64,000 nt of DNA from Octopus vulgaris (lineage: Eukaryota), in assembly GCA_951406725.2 (NCBI GenBank), contig OX597814.1:128774001-128838000 (forward strand). The letters run 5' to 3'. Numbering within the stretch: the stretch's first letter is position 1; each line of letters opens with the position of its first letter. The notes under the pieces are model-generated. The model did no database searches, was not told the origin of the DNA, and saw nothing but the letters and a program-made list of their open reading frames with translations. Below, piece after piece: positions 50,231 to 64,000 of this stretch. The position numbers were made by a program, and so were the translations under genes.

Positions 50231-53059
50231 ATACATAAATACATGCTGTACAACCTCCCAAAACTGGACACCAATATTTAAGCCTTATGCATGAGTAATT
50301 AGTTCGCCTATGATGAAAATCAAACAATACTAAAGTAAGCAATCCCCACAGATTATGAATACATAAAATCTTGCCACTTCATAAGAATGAAGGACAACCC
50401 AGAAGTGTAAGACTAAATTATAAGTCAAGTATAACATATGTACATTCCCATCATGAGCTGCCCAAAATGTAAAAAAAAACTGAAATTTTCAGAACCTCTT
50501 TAGTGTGTGGTTGACTTGGTGATTTTTATTTAGCGGGCAATCTAACCCTAACTTTTAACACTAAACCCTAACCCCAGATCAGGTCATTTCCCATCATAGA
50601 CCACTAATACTGTGGTAGACTACACGCTGAAGCAGCACTAAATTTTCTTCATATTTTCAATGCTTTTATTGATGGCAATCTAATGTTCCTTAGTTAAATA
50701 TTGAATCAATAAAAAATTCAATAGAAAAAGGAAGAAATCAGTAAATGGTATTTTGCATTGTGTAGATAAAACCATTGTTAGTCAATTAATGATTCTCCAC
50801 AAATAAAGCCAAAGTTGTGTATTCTTTTCTCATTTAGCACTTCATAATAAACCAATAAGTTAGCATCATCATCATGTTAATGTCCTCTTTTCTGTGTTCA
50901 TGTAGGTCAGATGTAATTTGTTGAGGCAAATTTTCTACAGCCAGACGCCCAAATTGACTTTGCATTTTTTGTTCAGGTTGACTTTGCATTTTACCCCTTC
51001 AGGGTTGATAAAATAAGTACCAGTTAAGTACTAGAGTTGACATAATCGACTTTTCAACAAAATTGCTGGCTTTTTTTCAAAAATTAAAAGGAATTATCCA
51101 ATGGAAAACTCTAGTACAGACAGCTATAAAGGAATAAATTTTGTTTCATATACTGGGTGTTTTTTTTGTTTTTTTTTTGTAAGAGAAGACTTGTGTGAAG
51201 TTTGGCATTTACAATTATATGTAATAAAGCTAAATCATTTAAGTCAGTAAAAAATCAAAATAGGTTTATGTACATACATATATCTTGGAGAAGCCTTTGA
51301 CCAATACTGCAGTAAACCAAATAGGTAACCCAACAAGGAAACTTCTGCATGAGCACTCAGCCAGCTAGAAATACCAGCCAACACTGTTTCCAAACTATAC
51401 CATGCCATCTTAAAGAGGGCTACATTGAATAATGCAGCCTAGAGGAAATTATGACTGAAAAGATGGAATGGTCATAACTGGACAGCCTTTGATCACAGAT
51501 CTTCTTGATCACAGTATACTTGGAGATAAACAACCACTAAATGGAACATTTTTTTAATAAATGTTTGGCTATTTTAATGCTTCGTGGTTTGGTTGCCCTC
51601 TAAACTTATACCTTTTTTAAAAAATAGTAAATGACTTGATTTCTATGTGAAATTGGTGTCTTACTATGGCTACTGTCCATTGACTGAAGCCAGTAAATAA
51701 GGAATGAAAAGAATGTGCATAAAGGGCAAATTCAGTTTACTGACTGCTCAGTGTTGAAGGTATAAAATGGCCAATTCCTTAACTATTACTTTCTATTTGT
51801 CATTATTTCATGTCCAGCTTTCATACTGGCCTGGATTAGATGTTTTGACAGTCTGACAAGCTGGAGGACTGCATCATGCTCCTGTGTCTACTTTGGCATG
51901 GTTTCTATGACTGGATGCCCTTCATAATGTCAACCTCTTCCCAGTGTACTGTATGCTGTTTTCATGGCACCAGCACTAGGGTTGATCATCTTATAACTAG
52001 CATGGCTGACTATTTAACTGAAGACTCTTATAAATGAAAAACAGAAGAGTTGGTGAAAATCCTATGCAGAGGCATGACTATGTATACCATGCAAGGGTAT
52101 ACATATTTGGGTGTTAATGCATACTAATGTAATCTTGAATTACAGGATATTCTGATTAAACTTTCAATCTGTGTTTCATAAAAACAAAAATCCTGACATC
52201 AAAAGTTCTTATTTAGTTTAGCTTTGATTCAGAATAGACTCTTTCCCCTTGGCTTTTTTGTTGTTTTTTTTTTTATAATTATTTCGTAGATTAAGCTATA
52301 TCTTTATTTGGTTATCAGTTGTCAGCTCATGGAGAATGTCTTGTATTCAAACAAGATCTCTTTGAGATACTAAACTGCCAGACAAAGGGGAAAGAAGGAA
52401 ATGGTAATGTCTCTGAGCATTTAATTACACTCTGTGATATAATCTCACCTCAAGTATCAACAGGGAAAAAGGTTATTCAGTATATTAGTTCACTTTGGGG
52501 AAGGTAAAGTTAAGGCTGAAGGAGATTTGGCTGTTCTTTATAGCAAGCAAGTCATCACAGGTTGCACATAATGGAATGAAGGTACTGAAAGTCAAAGATC
52601 AACTGGATATGTAGGGGTTACTGTTTGTTGCTGATACTAACTCCTTTTTCAAACTTCCTGCTCCAGCAGGCACAAATATTTCTAAACACCCACAAGTGTC
52701 TGCAATATTTCAGAACACTATCCTTTTCATTCTGATTAGAACAGATATTAAAGACAAGTGATGCACATAAATGGCAACAGAAGCAACAGCCGGAAGACAA
52801 TGCTATGCTGATGTGCATAAACCACTCCCATGAAATGCTTAGGAAAAGCAAACAGTGATGTCTGATCATCTTTACATTGCTTCTTTCCTCTGCTGTGTCT
52901 ATCATTAGAATCAACCAGTGGAGGTGATGATGGTGGGGCTTTTATGTGGTCACTTAACTTGCTAGAAATAGCAGCTGAATTTCTCAAATTACAATATATA
53001 GATGACCTGCTCACCACAACAGAATTGATATCCTAAAACCACCTTGGTAATGCTTGCAC

Positions 53060-53302
53060 ATGAAGGGTGCTGGTGCCATATAAAAAGCACTGATGCTGGT
53101 TCCACATAAAAAGCACTGGTAATGGAGTCATGTAAAAAGTGCCCAGTATACTCTGTAAAGTGTTTGGCATAGGAAAGATATCCAGCTGTAGAAACCAAGC
53201 TAAAACAGATAGTGGAACCTGGTGCAGCTCCTGGCCTTGCCAGCTCCTGTCAAGCCATCCAACTCATGCTGGCATGGAAAACAGACATTATGATGGCGAT
53301 GA
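53060..53302 (+). mobile_element. Dispersed repeat with RTE-like tail ending (GAT)n
   Basis: GGCATAGGAAAGATATCCAGCTGTAGAAAC and CATGCTGGCATGGAAAACAGAC motifs; related fragments near 50870, 51810 and 63755 (minus). Confidence 0.5.
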
Positions 53303-53639
53303 GAAACACAGCATGATATTGTCCTAAGCAAGTGAGATAGAATGGTCATGGCTGGAATGTCTTTGACCATAGGTCTGTTCAGTCATGTCTGGCTAGAAAT
53401 CATGCCACGACAAATACAGGAATTGAATGGGCAATGATGAATTTATATCCAGTCTGTTAGTCCTATACAATTCATTATTGCATGTTGGAATAAACAGTAT
53501 AATCCATAGCTAGGCATAGGCATGGATTAATTAGCTGACTAATTACATTCCATCAGGCTGCTTGATTAGAACTGCTGTGGATCTACACAGGTGAGGAAAG
53601 GTCCCTTTTAAAGATCATGTCTCTGCCAATAATTTAAAT

Positions 53640-54030
53640 AATGAAATTATTGCATACAGTGCTCAAGGTGCACCACAACTTGTCAAAAGTGTGTATAAAG
53701 CACATGCAGTAATGTACAAATGTCTGGGAAGTGAACAGTGTATGAGTCAGATACATGCTTGCGTGTGTATGGAGGGGATAAAATCAGGTGTAGTGTTGGT
53801 GAATCTCAGGAAGCATGGAAGTTTTGAAGGATGCAGTGCTCCGACAACTAACAACTGATGCCGGCAGTTTGTTCCATGCTTCAGCAACTCTTAGTGTGAA
53901 AAAATGCTTCCGAAAGTCATGGGAACTGTGCTGTTTTCTGACTTGGTAAACATATCCAAGGGTGTTAGACAGGTGGAGTTTGAAAAGGTGCTTAGAGTTA
54001 TTGTTTGTAAGATGGTTAATAATTTTTGTA
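53640..54030 (-). mobile_element. CR1 LINE 3' fragment (second family)
   Basis: Minus strand reads KIINHL..FRKHFFTLRVAEAWNKLPASVVSCRSTASFK, the typical CR1 ORF2 C-terminus. Confidence 0.85.
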
Positions 54031-54581
54031 TAACATCTTCAATGATTTCTTATTTGCAATGCTTCTGTTGCCATTTATGTGCATCACTTGTCTTTAATAT
54101 CTGTTCTAATCAGAATGAAAAGGATAGACTTGCTTGCTATAAAGAACAGCCAAATCTCCTTCAGCCTTAACTTTACCTTTACACTGGTGGAAATAAAGAT
54201 CTCTTTAAAGAGAATATTTTTGTCTATCATTTGTATAGCCTCTTCAATGGCTTCTCATTTGCAAGCTTCCCCTAACACCACAACCAATCATTCCTCTCTT
54301 TTGAAAACATCTTTGCTCAGGCATTTCCTTCACAGAATTGTCTCTCTCTGCATATTCCTTCCTGTACTAACTTGAGTTAGTTCAGCTAGTACAGTCAGCC
54401 TTCACTCCAGACAAGAATTACCTGCTGAATGTAAAATATAGCTCATCTAGAAAAGATCCAGAATAGCCAAGAGGAAAAGACTTCTAATTTAAAATAATAT
54501 TGAAATGAAATTTTTAAACTTTGGATAAAATTATAATTGAACACAACTCTTACTCTTTCTCATATCTCCCTCCTCCTCTTG

Positions 54582-54631
<50 letters not shown>

Positions 54632-55358
54632 TACTCAGTCTTCCTGTTTATTTTCTAACCCATTCATTTTCTCTGCACCATCTTGTCTTCCATTTTTTTT
54701 CTCTTCCTTCATCCTGCACTGTGAGCACTCTTACACAAGTACATGTGCATGTGTATACATACACACACACATACCTACACACTTATACACTGATGCAAGA
54801 AAGAAGTCAGCAATTATACATACATGCAATTTAACTGACGTATAAAACGAACAATTGTTTTTAATGAAAACCAGATGTATTTACCAGAACTTACAGAATC
54901 TTGTCTGAAAATACATTTAGTATCTTCAAACCAAGAACATTTGAGTAAGAAAAAATGTACATCCTTCGAAGTAGATCTGCTTAACTTGTTACATTCTGTA
55001 GTAAGTTTCCTTTTTTTTTTTTACCTTGTCTGATTTTACTAGAATAGTCTTTGTTGTTCTGGATTATCTACCTGCACACCTACTCTGTCTCTCCCCCTTG
55101 TTACCTTATTGTCTTATCTCATAGAGCCTTCTCCAAACACTTGCCCTGATCTTTCCTTTTAGATCTGCAACACTGTCATTCTCTTCCCATCTCTGTTTTC
55201 CTTGCAAATAGAAGACCTACAGATGTTTAAACTGAGCATTAATTTCACCAATTCCCTCAGCTAGACATGACCTGCAAATGTTACAGGCTTGGTTTCTCTC
55301 TTCAGTTCAAGTAAAATTGCCCAGAATGTCATAATGACATACTTTTCTTCATGTAACT

Positions 55359-55920
55359 AACTAGTACTATGACTCGGTGTTGCTGGGTCTAGTGCTAGTC
55401 AAGCATATTTGGTCTTTCATGAAAATCCCACTCTCTTGTCATTCATTTGGTCTAACTCGTTAATTATTCCCTGCATTTCTCAAATCAAAAATGCACGCAT
55501 GTTTGAAAGCCAAAACACATGATAACGCGTCTTCGCAAAACACAAATGCACTGAGTCATACTGACTGTCTGCAAATGCGCATGCGCATTCACCTGTCAAG
55601 AGTAAAATTATCTCCGTCCAATCAAAAAACAGCTGCCAGTCTATTGGCATATCTAGCTGTATGCACGCACCACATACAGATTTCTATGTTTTAGCAATTT
55701 TGAATGGATATGCCCATAACTTATGGGCATAAGGGGTCGGTTTATGGATTATTTTTTTAATGACTTTCTGGGGGTGAATGGGGAAATGAAAAGATCTCCA
55801 CGACCACCCTCAGACAGTTTTGAAAGCCCATAGAAAATGTGAGCTTTTTACGTAAAAAAACTGGATTTGTATAAAGGACACACAGATACACAGATATTTT
55901 GCTGTTTATAGATATAGATA
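55359..55920 (+). mobile_element. Helentron/HINE-like non-autonomous element
   Basis: Starts AACTAG with hairpin GACTCGG..CTGGGTC; ends ACAGATATTTTGCTGTTTATAGATATAGAT. Confidence 0.5.
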
Positions 55921-56357
55921 TTCCTTTTTCCAGTGGTCCAGTGGTGTTAAACTCATGATGATAAAGCTGCGGGTCAACTGGGAAGTGCATTGGGTCGATG
56001 TGCACAGTTTTCATCTCGTGTTACTCCAGTATACTCATTTTCAAATGAGTACTAGCTTATTGCAAATGCCATGTCCTCTCCTTCCAGCTTTTACTCCTTC
56101 AATATTCTGCTGGGTCAAGGGGTAGGAGGGTAAAAAAATGTATATGTATGTCTGTGGCAACACAAGCATCTAAAACAATCACAAAAACTTGATGTATGCT
56201 AGTAGATCATATCTATTTGCAAGTGATGGCTTTGGCTTTTGGCCCTGGTTAACATCTTTTGTTGAAATAAAAGCAATTGATAAAACCTCAATATAAGACC
56301 AGTTTATTTACCTAGATAATTATACCTTTATTTCATTCCATTTGCAAAGACTTAGTA

Positions 56358-56814
56358 CAGGTCGTTATTGACTTACGACCTACCCTACTTACGACACACC
56401 GACTTTATGATGATTGGCATGCTAGCTCCCAGCAGCAATAATAAAGAGTCCAGTTGAACGCTAAAGGGCTTAATTTCTTAGAAATTAACTCGTCTGTGGA
56501 TAATGTCAGCTAACAAACGTCTCCCCTAAATTTGGTTATTGGTCACCACTGTGTTGGATGACTATCCTGTTGCAGAGACATCAAGGCAACCTCGTATTTG
56601 TTTATAAGATGACTGGTTGAGACTCTGAAATTATAGACTAACGCCAGTATAATAGTATAATAAAGAATGCTGTGTGTGACTTTTACCTGAGAATGTACCT
56701 TAATAATGTAAATATATAAAACAAAGCTATGTAGTCCTATAGACTGATTTACAACCAAATCAACTTATGGCCAGTCAATTGGGACCAATTGTTGTCTAAG
56801 TTGACAACGACCTG
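56358..56814. mobile_element. Tigger/pogo-like MITE
   Basis: TA|CAGGTCGTTATTGACTTACGAC ... GTCTAAGTTGACAACGACCTG|TA; TA duplication. Confidence 0.7.
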
Positions 56815-57548
56815 TATAGAGTAAGATCAAATATATGTAAGTTCACTCCTCTGATTGGCAGTCCTCAACAATCTATTCTCTGGACTGCAAACAGTTTCCT
56901 CACTTGGTTTTTTTTCTGTAATGGCCTCTGCATTTCAGTACTGTCAATAGAAACAGTGTCAAATTAAAATATCCATTGCTGAAAAGCCAGTCTACTGTAT
57001 TCCTTGCTAGTTGTTGAAACAATTTTCATCTCTCTTTGATATCTATTGAATTTGATCACAGTACCTCCATAAAGAGGTACTGTGATCAAAACCACCATTG
57101 TTTTACTAATGTTTGTGACGGTACTGTGATCAAAACTTGCTTTTCAGCTATGCATTTACATTGATACATAGATGGCTATTTTTTTTTTTTACTTAATACT
57201 ACTTCTGTTACATATGATGGATATTGTGTGTGTGTGCATGTGTCTGCATGTATATATATATATATGTATATTTACTTTTATTTTTTGTGTTCTCATTTTC
57301 TGGTTATTTATATTGTAAAACCCATTTTCTTAATTTTTCCAAAAATATCATTTTAAATCTATGTGCTTACCAAAGTTTCCTTCCTCATTCATTCTCTACA
57401 TGACCTTGTGGTTCCCCACTGTCACCTATATTCCATTTACTATCTTTAAAGTTCCATTTCACTTGTTTCAATGCATAAGAAAACAACTACAAATAAAGTA
57501 CAAATTTTAAAGATCAATTTATAATCTTAATTAATCCCCTGCTAAATT

Positions 57549-57876
57549 CTCTTTTCTCGTTTACTTGTTTCAGCCATTTGACTGTGGCCATGCTGGAGCA
57601 CCGCCTTTAGTCGAGCAAATTGACCCCAGGACTTATTCTTTGGAAGCCTAATACTTATTCTATTGGTCTTGTTTGCCGAACCGCTAAGTTACGGGGACAT
57701 AAACACACCAGCATCAGTTGTCAAGCTATGTTGGGGGGGGGGGGGGACAAACACATACACACATATATATATACCTATATATGACAGGCTTTTTTCAGTT
57801 TCCGTCTACCAAATCCACTCACAAGGCTTTGGTCGGCCCGAGGCTATAGTAGAAGACACTTGCCCAAGGTGCCATG
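57549..57876 (-). mobile_element. SINE family A, 5'-truncated
   Basis: Reverse complement of the family A body and tail. Confidence 0.85.
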
Positions 57877-58866
57877 CATTCTATTTTTATGGTAATGTTT
57901 GGCTGTGAGGAAGAGAACAAGGAATGTGTCCTGTGTATTCAGATGTTGACTTTTGTCAAACAAATGAAGTGGCACCTCAATACATGCTTTGGAGAGTAAT
58001 TTTGTCTCAAGTTTGATACATTTGCAATTGTCAGACGTGAAACTTGAGTCACTATGAAGAAATGTGTGTGTATGAAGAAATCTGGATGAGTATGTAATTT
58101 AAACAGTATTTTGTAATTTACTTGAGGTTTTGTAATGTGTAAATATTTTGGAAAAAAATACTTTGCACAATATGGGATGGAAAATAAACAAAGTATGTAA
58201 GACGATATCAATAAATGGAAAGCAAAGTTATTGTATTACCTTATATTGGTTGTTTAATGAACCTATTATATTTTGGGAAAGTTTCCCTATTTCAAATGGA
58301 AGAAAATGAATTTGGAGCATTGTGTTGTATTTAGTGAAATAGAAATGATGTGGTGTGAAGAATATTTAAATTACAATTAAGCATTCTTAATATTGAAATT
58401 TTACCTAAATAGAATACTAGATGAGAATACTAAATGATCACAACTTAACTAAAGTGATTTTTTCTAAGTATAATTGTGTGATTTGGTTTTGAAGGCTGTT
58501 CAATAACTCTTTGAGAAAAAAGAATTTTTCCTCCAAGCTAAAAATCACTAATTGTTTACCCCAAGGTCATCTCTGGGTAGATTTATTATCAGCTTAGCCA
58601 TAACTACCCTTTCTTTTTTGTATTTTTCTGAGATGTCTCTTAAAATGGTACAGTGTGATTTGAGGGAACTATTGCTGGCTGTGATTTCTAGCAGGTTGAG
58701 GCTTTCATGTTGCTCTGAAACACCATTTGTTTAAAATTGCATGCCAGGTTTATATTTGTTTGTGCCTCAACACTTATATTTAATAATATACTTATTCCTA
58801 CAAATCCTTTCAGATATTTGGTTACACACACACACAAATGTGTGCGTGTGTGCATGTGTGTATATG

Positions 58867-58899
<33 letters not shown>

Positions 58900-59436
58900 A
58901 TAAATATGCAAACCATCCTTGTTTTACTTATATTTGTAATGAGAGAGGCGTATGTATATATTGTATTGAGATTGATTTGAGCAAGTAGAAATGCCAACTA
59001 TTTTCAGGAAAATTTCCAAAAAACATGAATTTATTGAGTGGTAGTTTGGCTCCCTTTAAGCGCTCAGGCATTTTTATATCTATTTTCATCATCTTTATAT
59101 TTATCATTGATTTTTATTTCATAATATTTCTCAAAATCTTTACCACAACAGTTTTTATCGGTTTCTATGATTTTCTGTTATCAGTTGGAGAAATCTATAT
59201 TAAGATATTTAAAAACTTGATTCATATCTTGTGAAAGCTTTATCCTAGCTTAAGATGGTGTTTGAAAATTGGCATTTGTATGTTTGGCCAAATTAGTAAA
59301 AACGCTGGGGGACCTTCTTGTTGCTCACCTCTTTAGCATGAAGACTGGAAGCTGTCAGATGAGTGGACAATATAAGTCTAAAGACCCATCACAATGGGCA
59401 TATGAAGTAACCCAACAAAATCTCTCATTCGTTTTA

Positions 59437-59662
59437 TACTCTTTTACTCTTTTACTTGTTTCAGTCATTTGACTGCGGCCATGCTGGAGCACCGCCTTTA
59501 GTCGAATCAAATTGACCTCAGGAGGACTTATTCTTTGCAAGCCTAGTACTTATTCTATCGTTCTCTTTTGCTGAACCGCTAAGTTACGGGGACCTAAGCA
59601 CACCAGCATTGGTTGTCAAGTGGTGTTGGGGGGACAAACACAGATACACAACATACACACAG

Positions 59663-59717
<55 letters not shown>

Positions 59718-59878
59718 ACGGGCTTCTTTCAGTTTCTGTCTACCAAATCCACTCAAAAGGCTTTGGTCGGCCGTAGGCTATAGTAGAAGACACTAGCCCA
59801 AGGTCCCATGCAGTGGAACTGAACCTGGAACCATGTGGTTCGTAAGCAAGCTACTTACCACACCGCCACTCCTGTGTC
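59437..59878 (-). mobile_element. SINE family A
   Basis: Reverse complement of the full family A pattern. Confidence 0.9.
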
Positions 59879-59949
59879 TATGCCTTCATAAAATGAATGA
59901 AGATAGATTACAAATATTTTAATTAAATTAAAGGATATTTCTCATGGAG

Positions 59950-60140
59950 CAGCTGACCTAGAAAAATCGAAACTTCTCTCCAAAGTAAGGAAAGAAAAGA
60001 TATGCAACATCTACATATGGAAGATTCTGGATGGCAAGTGCCAAACTTTGGTACTGAAATCTCTACAAATCCTTATATTGATCACCTTGCTTAGTACCAA
60101 AAGTTCTGCCCTGCCTTTGCTTCTTCAAGGTCTTTGAACT
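59950..60140 (+). mobile_element. Degraded CR1 ORF2 C-terminal fragment
   Basis: ..IYIWKILDG..VPNFG.. matches the 21.6-21.9 kb CR1 segment. Confidence 0.55.
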
Positions 60141-61725
60141 GTAATAGCTTGGGTTTAAAAGGAATATTATTTTTCAAAATCTAAAATTATAAGAAATATA
60201 TACAGGAAATACATGCAAAGATAATTCAAACAGCGCATAGAAATTACACTGTGTACTTTCTTCATTACTCCATGAAACTGACATGAGGGCAATATCAAAT
60301 TCCCTGTTTCACTAAATACCAAACGCAAAGGCCTCATGATAATAACACAGGGGCCCCAGTATGATTTAAGGTAGACAGCTGAAAGAAGTAAAAATGCAAT
60401 ACCAGAATAAACTGCAGTAGTTTTTTAACTTAGATTAGTTGACTAAAGTGGAGAAAACATGTGTGAAAGGAAGAGACAGACAGTTTTGTTATTGTTGCTC
60501 TTGTTTAGTCAAACATCAGAACCGCCTTGCCTCACTGCATTGGAAATGCTTTCCAAAGTTTGTAAACAAACAAAGCAGAAAATATTAGTAAAAAAATACA
60601 TATACACGATTACATTGTTTAGGAATTGCTTTGCAAGATTACAAAAACAGCAAGGTATTTTTGTTAGCTCTTGTCTTCAAATGCATTCAGCTCCTTTCAA
60701 GTATGCTTATAAGCATGACTTATTTCATTAGGCATCAAGGCTGCTAAAATAAACATACTAAGGGCATACTGCTAATACATTTGAATACTATTTCAGTGTG
60801 TGTCACATTTCTGGATTATATATGGTGGGCCAAAAATCGCAAAGTCTGAGTGCATATTGCAATCTGTGGGTATAATCTGGTGGTCTCAGCTGTTAGTGCC
60901 AACTGCAATTTCATATGGCCTGCCAGCATGGAATATGGATGTTAAATGATAATGATATATAATACTGGGGAATCCCATAAATAATGTGTTTTTTTTATAC
61001 TTTTATTTTTCAAAATTAAGATTACCAACATGTATTTGATAGCATATCAGATGCACCAAAATTTCAGCACTGCATTTTCAGGAGAAAGTACACCAGGGAC
61101 AAAATTAGCTTGTGGGAGGCCTAACTTAGTATATAGGGACCCTGGTTGATTTTTGCTTTCATTTTTGAGATATTTTATGGGGTAAAATAGTACATCACAT
61201 ATATAATCAAACCATTAGCATAGCTGGGGACAGTAGGAGTAGTCTGCCCTGGGCAGCTCTTTTGGGTCTACTATAGGCAATGTTTTTTTTTAAGGGGTCC
61301 AGGGGTGGCAAACAGAAGGCACATACTCTAGCTACACTAGTGCCCAGAACCAAGTTTAGGTTCCAAACCTTACACAGTGTTCATTAGTGGCAGAAAGACT
61401 ACATTTAGAGGTTCAGTTTTATTTATTTATTTACACTGCGGTTCATGTAAGATAGAAATGAAAAGAGGCAAAAATGAATTCAAACAGTGATTATACTGTC
61501 AGGCTAAAATAATGTTATGTATGTAAACTTCACACAATACTCTCCTGGTACTGAATTTAAGATTTACTATAATTTAAAATTTGTATAAGAGCTTATATAA
61601 ATAAGAATATATTTTACAAAATACATTGATGTTAAAATATGAGGTATTTTATAAGAGTATCAGTCTAGCAATTATATTGAATGAGGAAGATGGAATAGTA
61701 AGTTGCACTGAATTTCTCAACTGAG

Positions 61726-61779
<54 letters not shown>

Positions 61780-62987
61780 GCATCTGACTGTGGTCACTGC
61801 AACATTGATATTCTTCCTTGTGTTCGTGAAAGTTTTATATCTCTGCTGTAAGGCTTCATTTCCACACACGCTAGCTGAATTCAATTCATCCCCAGTCGAA
61901 AGACACCTGTTGTTATGTCCTGTTGTTGTTATTATTATTATTATTATTTGTATTGCATTTTGTATTTATATTCATGTAACATTGTCTGTTTTTCCGTCCT
62001 TGTTTTCGTATACATTCGATGCTTTCCTCCAAGGAATCTAATGCTCTTAGCTTAGTTTTTCCTTGGGGCTGGCCAGATTGGAGCAATCTCAAGATTAATC
62101 AGCTGAAATTGCGAGGATGATCCGGTTCTTGACTGAGGATAGGAAGCTTCGAATGACCCATCCTTGATTTTTTTGTATCGTCTATCTGGATGTTTTGTTG
62201 TCCCTTTTTGTATCACCTAGTTGTCCAGATAGTACTTTCCTGCTTATACTAATCCTATAAAACTGTGTATGTGAATATATGTGTATTTATGTGAAGGGAG
62301 ACAAATGGAACACATAAACCCATAAGTCTCTCCTGACTTAGTTATGTGGTCATTAACCTTAACTAGTACCCATGTTGATATCTTCCTTTTGGTTCACTCC
62401 TTAGATTGCAGCTATGCTGGAGCACAAACTTGAAAATTATTAGTTGAATGAATCGACCCCAGTACTTATAGCTTTTAAGCTTGGTACTTATTCTCGGTCT
62501 CTTGCTGAACTGTCAAGTTACAGGGGTCTAAACACACAGACACCACTTGTCAAGTGGTCTGCAGATAAAACACACACACACGCACATACAAACACACATA
62601 CACACACACATTTATTAGGTTGTTTCACATGAAATGTCACATTCTTAATTACTTGTTATTTCAATCATTTAAAAGCTCAATTACATTTAATCTTGACTCT
62701 TTTACTTTCCCAACAATATTACTAGACTAAATTCGTACCCACAGACCTTATGAAAAGGATAACAACCAAACTATGTCGAGTGATTTTACTCTAACAGGAA
62801 AGAGCATTCATACACCATTGAAATTCTTCTGGACCTGATATGTAGGATTGAAGGAAGCTAATAGATGTTGTAATTATTGTAACAGACAAGTCTGGCTAGA
62901 TATATTAATTAAGATGGTGGTTTCAGTAATGAGTGTTAGTTTGGGAAGATAAACTTATCTGTCAAGTAAGTTAATATTTCTTGTGTA

Positions 62988-63230
62988 GGCACGTGGCTTA
63001 GTGGTTAGGATGTCAGCATCATGATCATAAGATTGTGGTTTTGATACCTGGACCGACGACACATTATGTTTTTGAGTAAAACACTTCATTTCATGTTGCT
63101 CCAGTCCACTCAGCTGGCAAAAATGAGTAACGCTGCGATGGACTGGCGTCCCATCCAGTTGCGGAATACATACGCCATTGAAACTGGGAAACCAGGCCCA
63201 TGAGCCTGGTTAGGCTATAAAAGGGCACAA
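62988..63230 (+). mobile_element. SINE family C-like
   Basis: TGGCTTAGTGG A box, CORE-like segment, GCGATGGACTGGCGTCCCATCCAG 3' part. Confidence 0.65.
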
Positions 63231-64000
63231 AAAAAAAGTTAATATTTCTTAGATTAACTCTGATCTGGCAGACCCATGTTCAAAATGTTCCAGGTATCAC
63301 CAATTTGTCTTTTCATTGAAACAATTCTTCTAGGATCATATCCATCAATGTGCATATCTTTTTATTAATTTTTTTTTAATGTAGTATATCTGTTATCTTT
63401 TTACTTGTTTCAGTCACTAAACTGTGGCTATGTTAGGACACCAATGAAATTTGAAAGGTGGAATCTGTAGTAGGTTGTGCAAGCATGCAGTTTCCCTTGT
63501 TGGTTTGTTCTTGGATGAGTTGCTATGTTGTGAAAGCTGCAAGTTCTTGCAGTTCTTGGATATTATTAGTCCCAGGTCATATTATGACTAAAGGCATTCC
63601 TGTTGTGACCAGCTTAAATTTAAGGTTTAATTAATTAATGTCCTTTTTGATTAAGATGGTGGTAGGGCATGAGTTATTTTTTCTGCTTTTTCGAGTAGAT
63701 TAGTCAACTGCATAGAAACTTCTTCAGTGTAGATCATCTTTGGATAACTAAGACATCATCATCATCATCGTTTAGCGTCCGTTTTCCATGCTAGCATGGG
63801 TTGGACAGTAGAGATAAATGAAATGCTAGCAGCTCATTCAGATTTTATGGCTTTTGCTATAGCTAACAAGATTAACTAGCATTCACAAATTAATATTATA
63901 GCCTGGCAGAGATGTATGTCAATGTGAAATGATGATGATAATAATAATAATATAATAATTGGCAATGAATGTATGTAGATGCAGTTGGATTTTTAAGCTT

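Noticed and set aside
52319-52404. Possible small exon (polypyrimidine-CAG ... G|GTAATG)
   Set aside because: Peptide not recognisable; such splice-like motifs arise by chance in AT-rich DNA
52554-52717. Skipped segment as a spliced intron (processed-RNA origin of the 54060-54179 patch)
   Set aside because: A GT is available at one end on the minus strand but there is no AG at the other, so it is not a canonical intron
62130-62160. Hammerhead-like CTGAGGAT..CGAA
   Set aside because: GAAA and stems I and III are not satisfied
1-64000. CRISPR arrays, rRNA genes or prokaryotic operons
   Set aside because: None seen; the repeats are eukaryotic SINEs, MITEs and microsatellites without repeat-spacer periodicity

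Overview
AT-rich, microsatellite-dense eukaryotic DNA, most likely an octopus (cephalopod) genome. That assignment is an inference from the repeat families. No host protein-coding exon could be supported, and almost all ORFs in the track are microsatellite or repeat artefacts. The window contains tRNA-headed SINEs (family A with an internal (TA)/(TG) tract; family B with a Meta/MESC-like central domain; CORE-like family C), LINE remnants (Tx1/L1-type ORF2 end, R4/Dong, several CR1), MITEs, Helentron-like elements and possible solo LTRs. Main observations: (1) a Tx1-type LINE, an ORF1-only HAL1-like element and a SINE-B subfamily share one 3' tail ending TAAAGAAAT, and the two non-autonomous members pile up inside the tRNA-like head of other SINE-B copies (nested stack at 7713-10028 with two levels of target-site duplication, TSD); (2) a TSD-flanked element combining a tRNA-like Pol III promoter with a minimal type-I hammerhead ribozyme in a Penelope-like inverted arrangement, plus three more degenerate hammerhead-bearing repeats; (3) a CR1 LINE whose 3' tail matches SINE-A; (4) several local rearrangements and a sharp CpG-depletion boundary near 48.2 kb.
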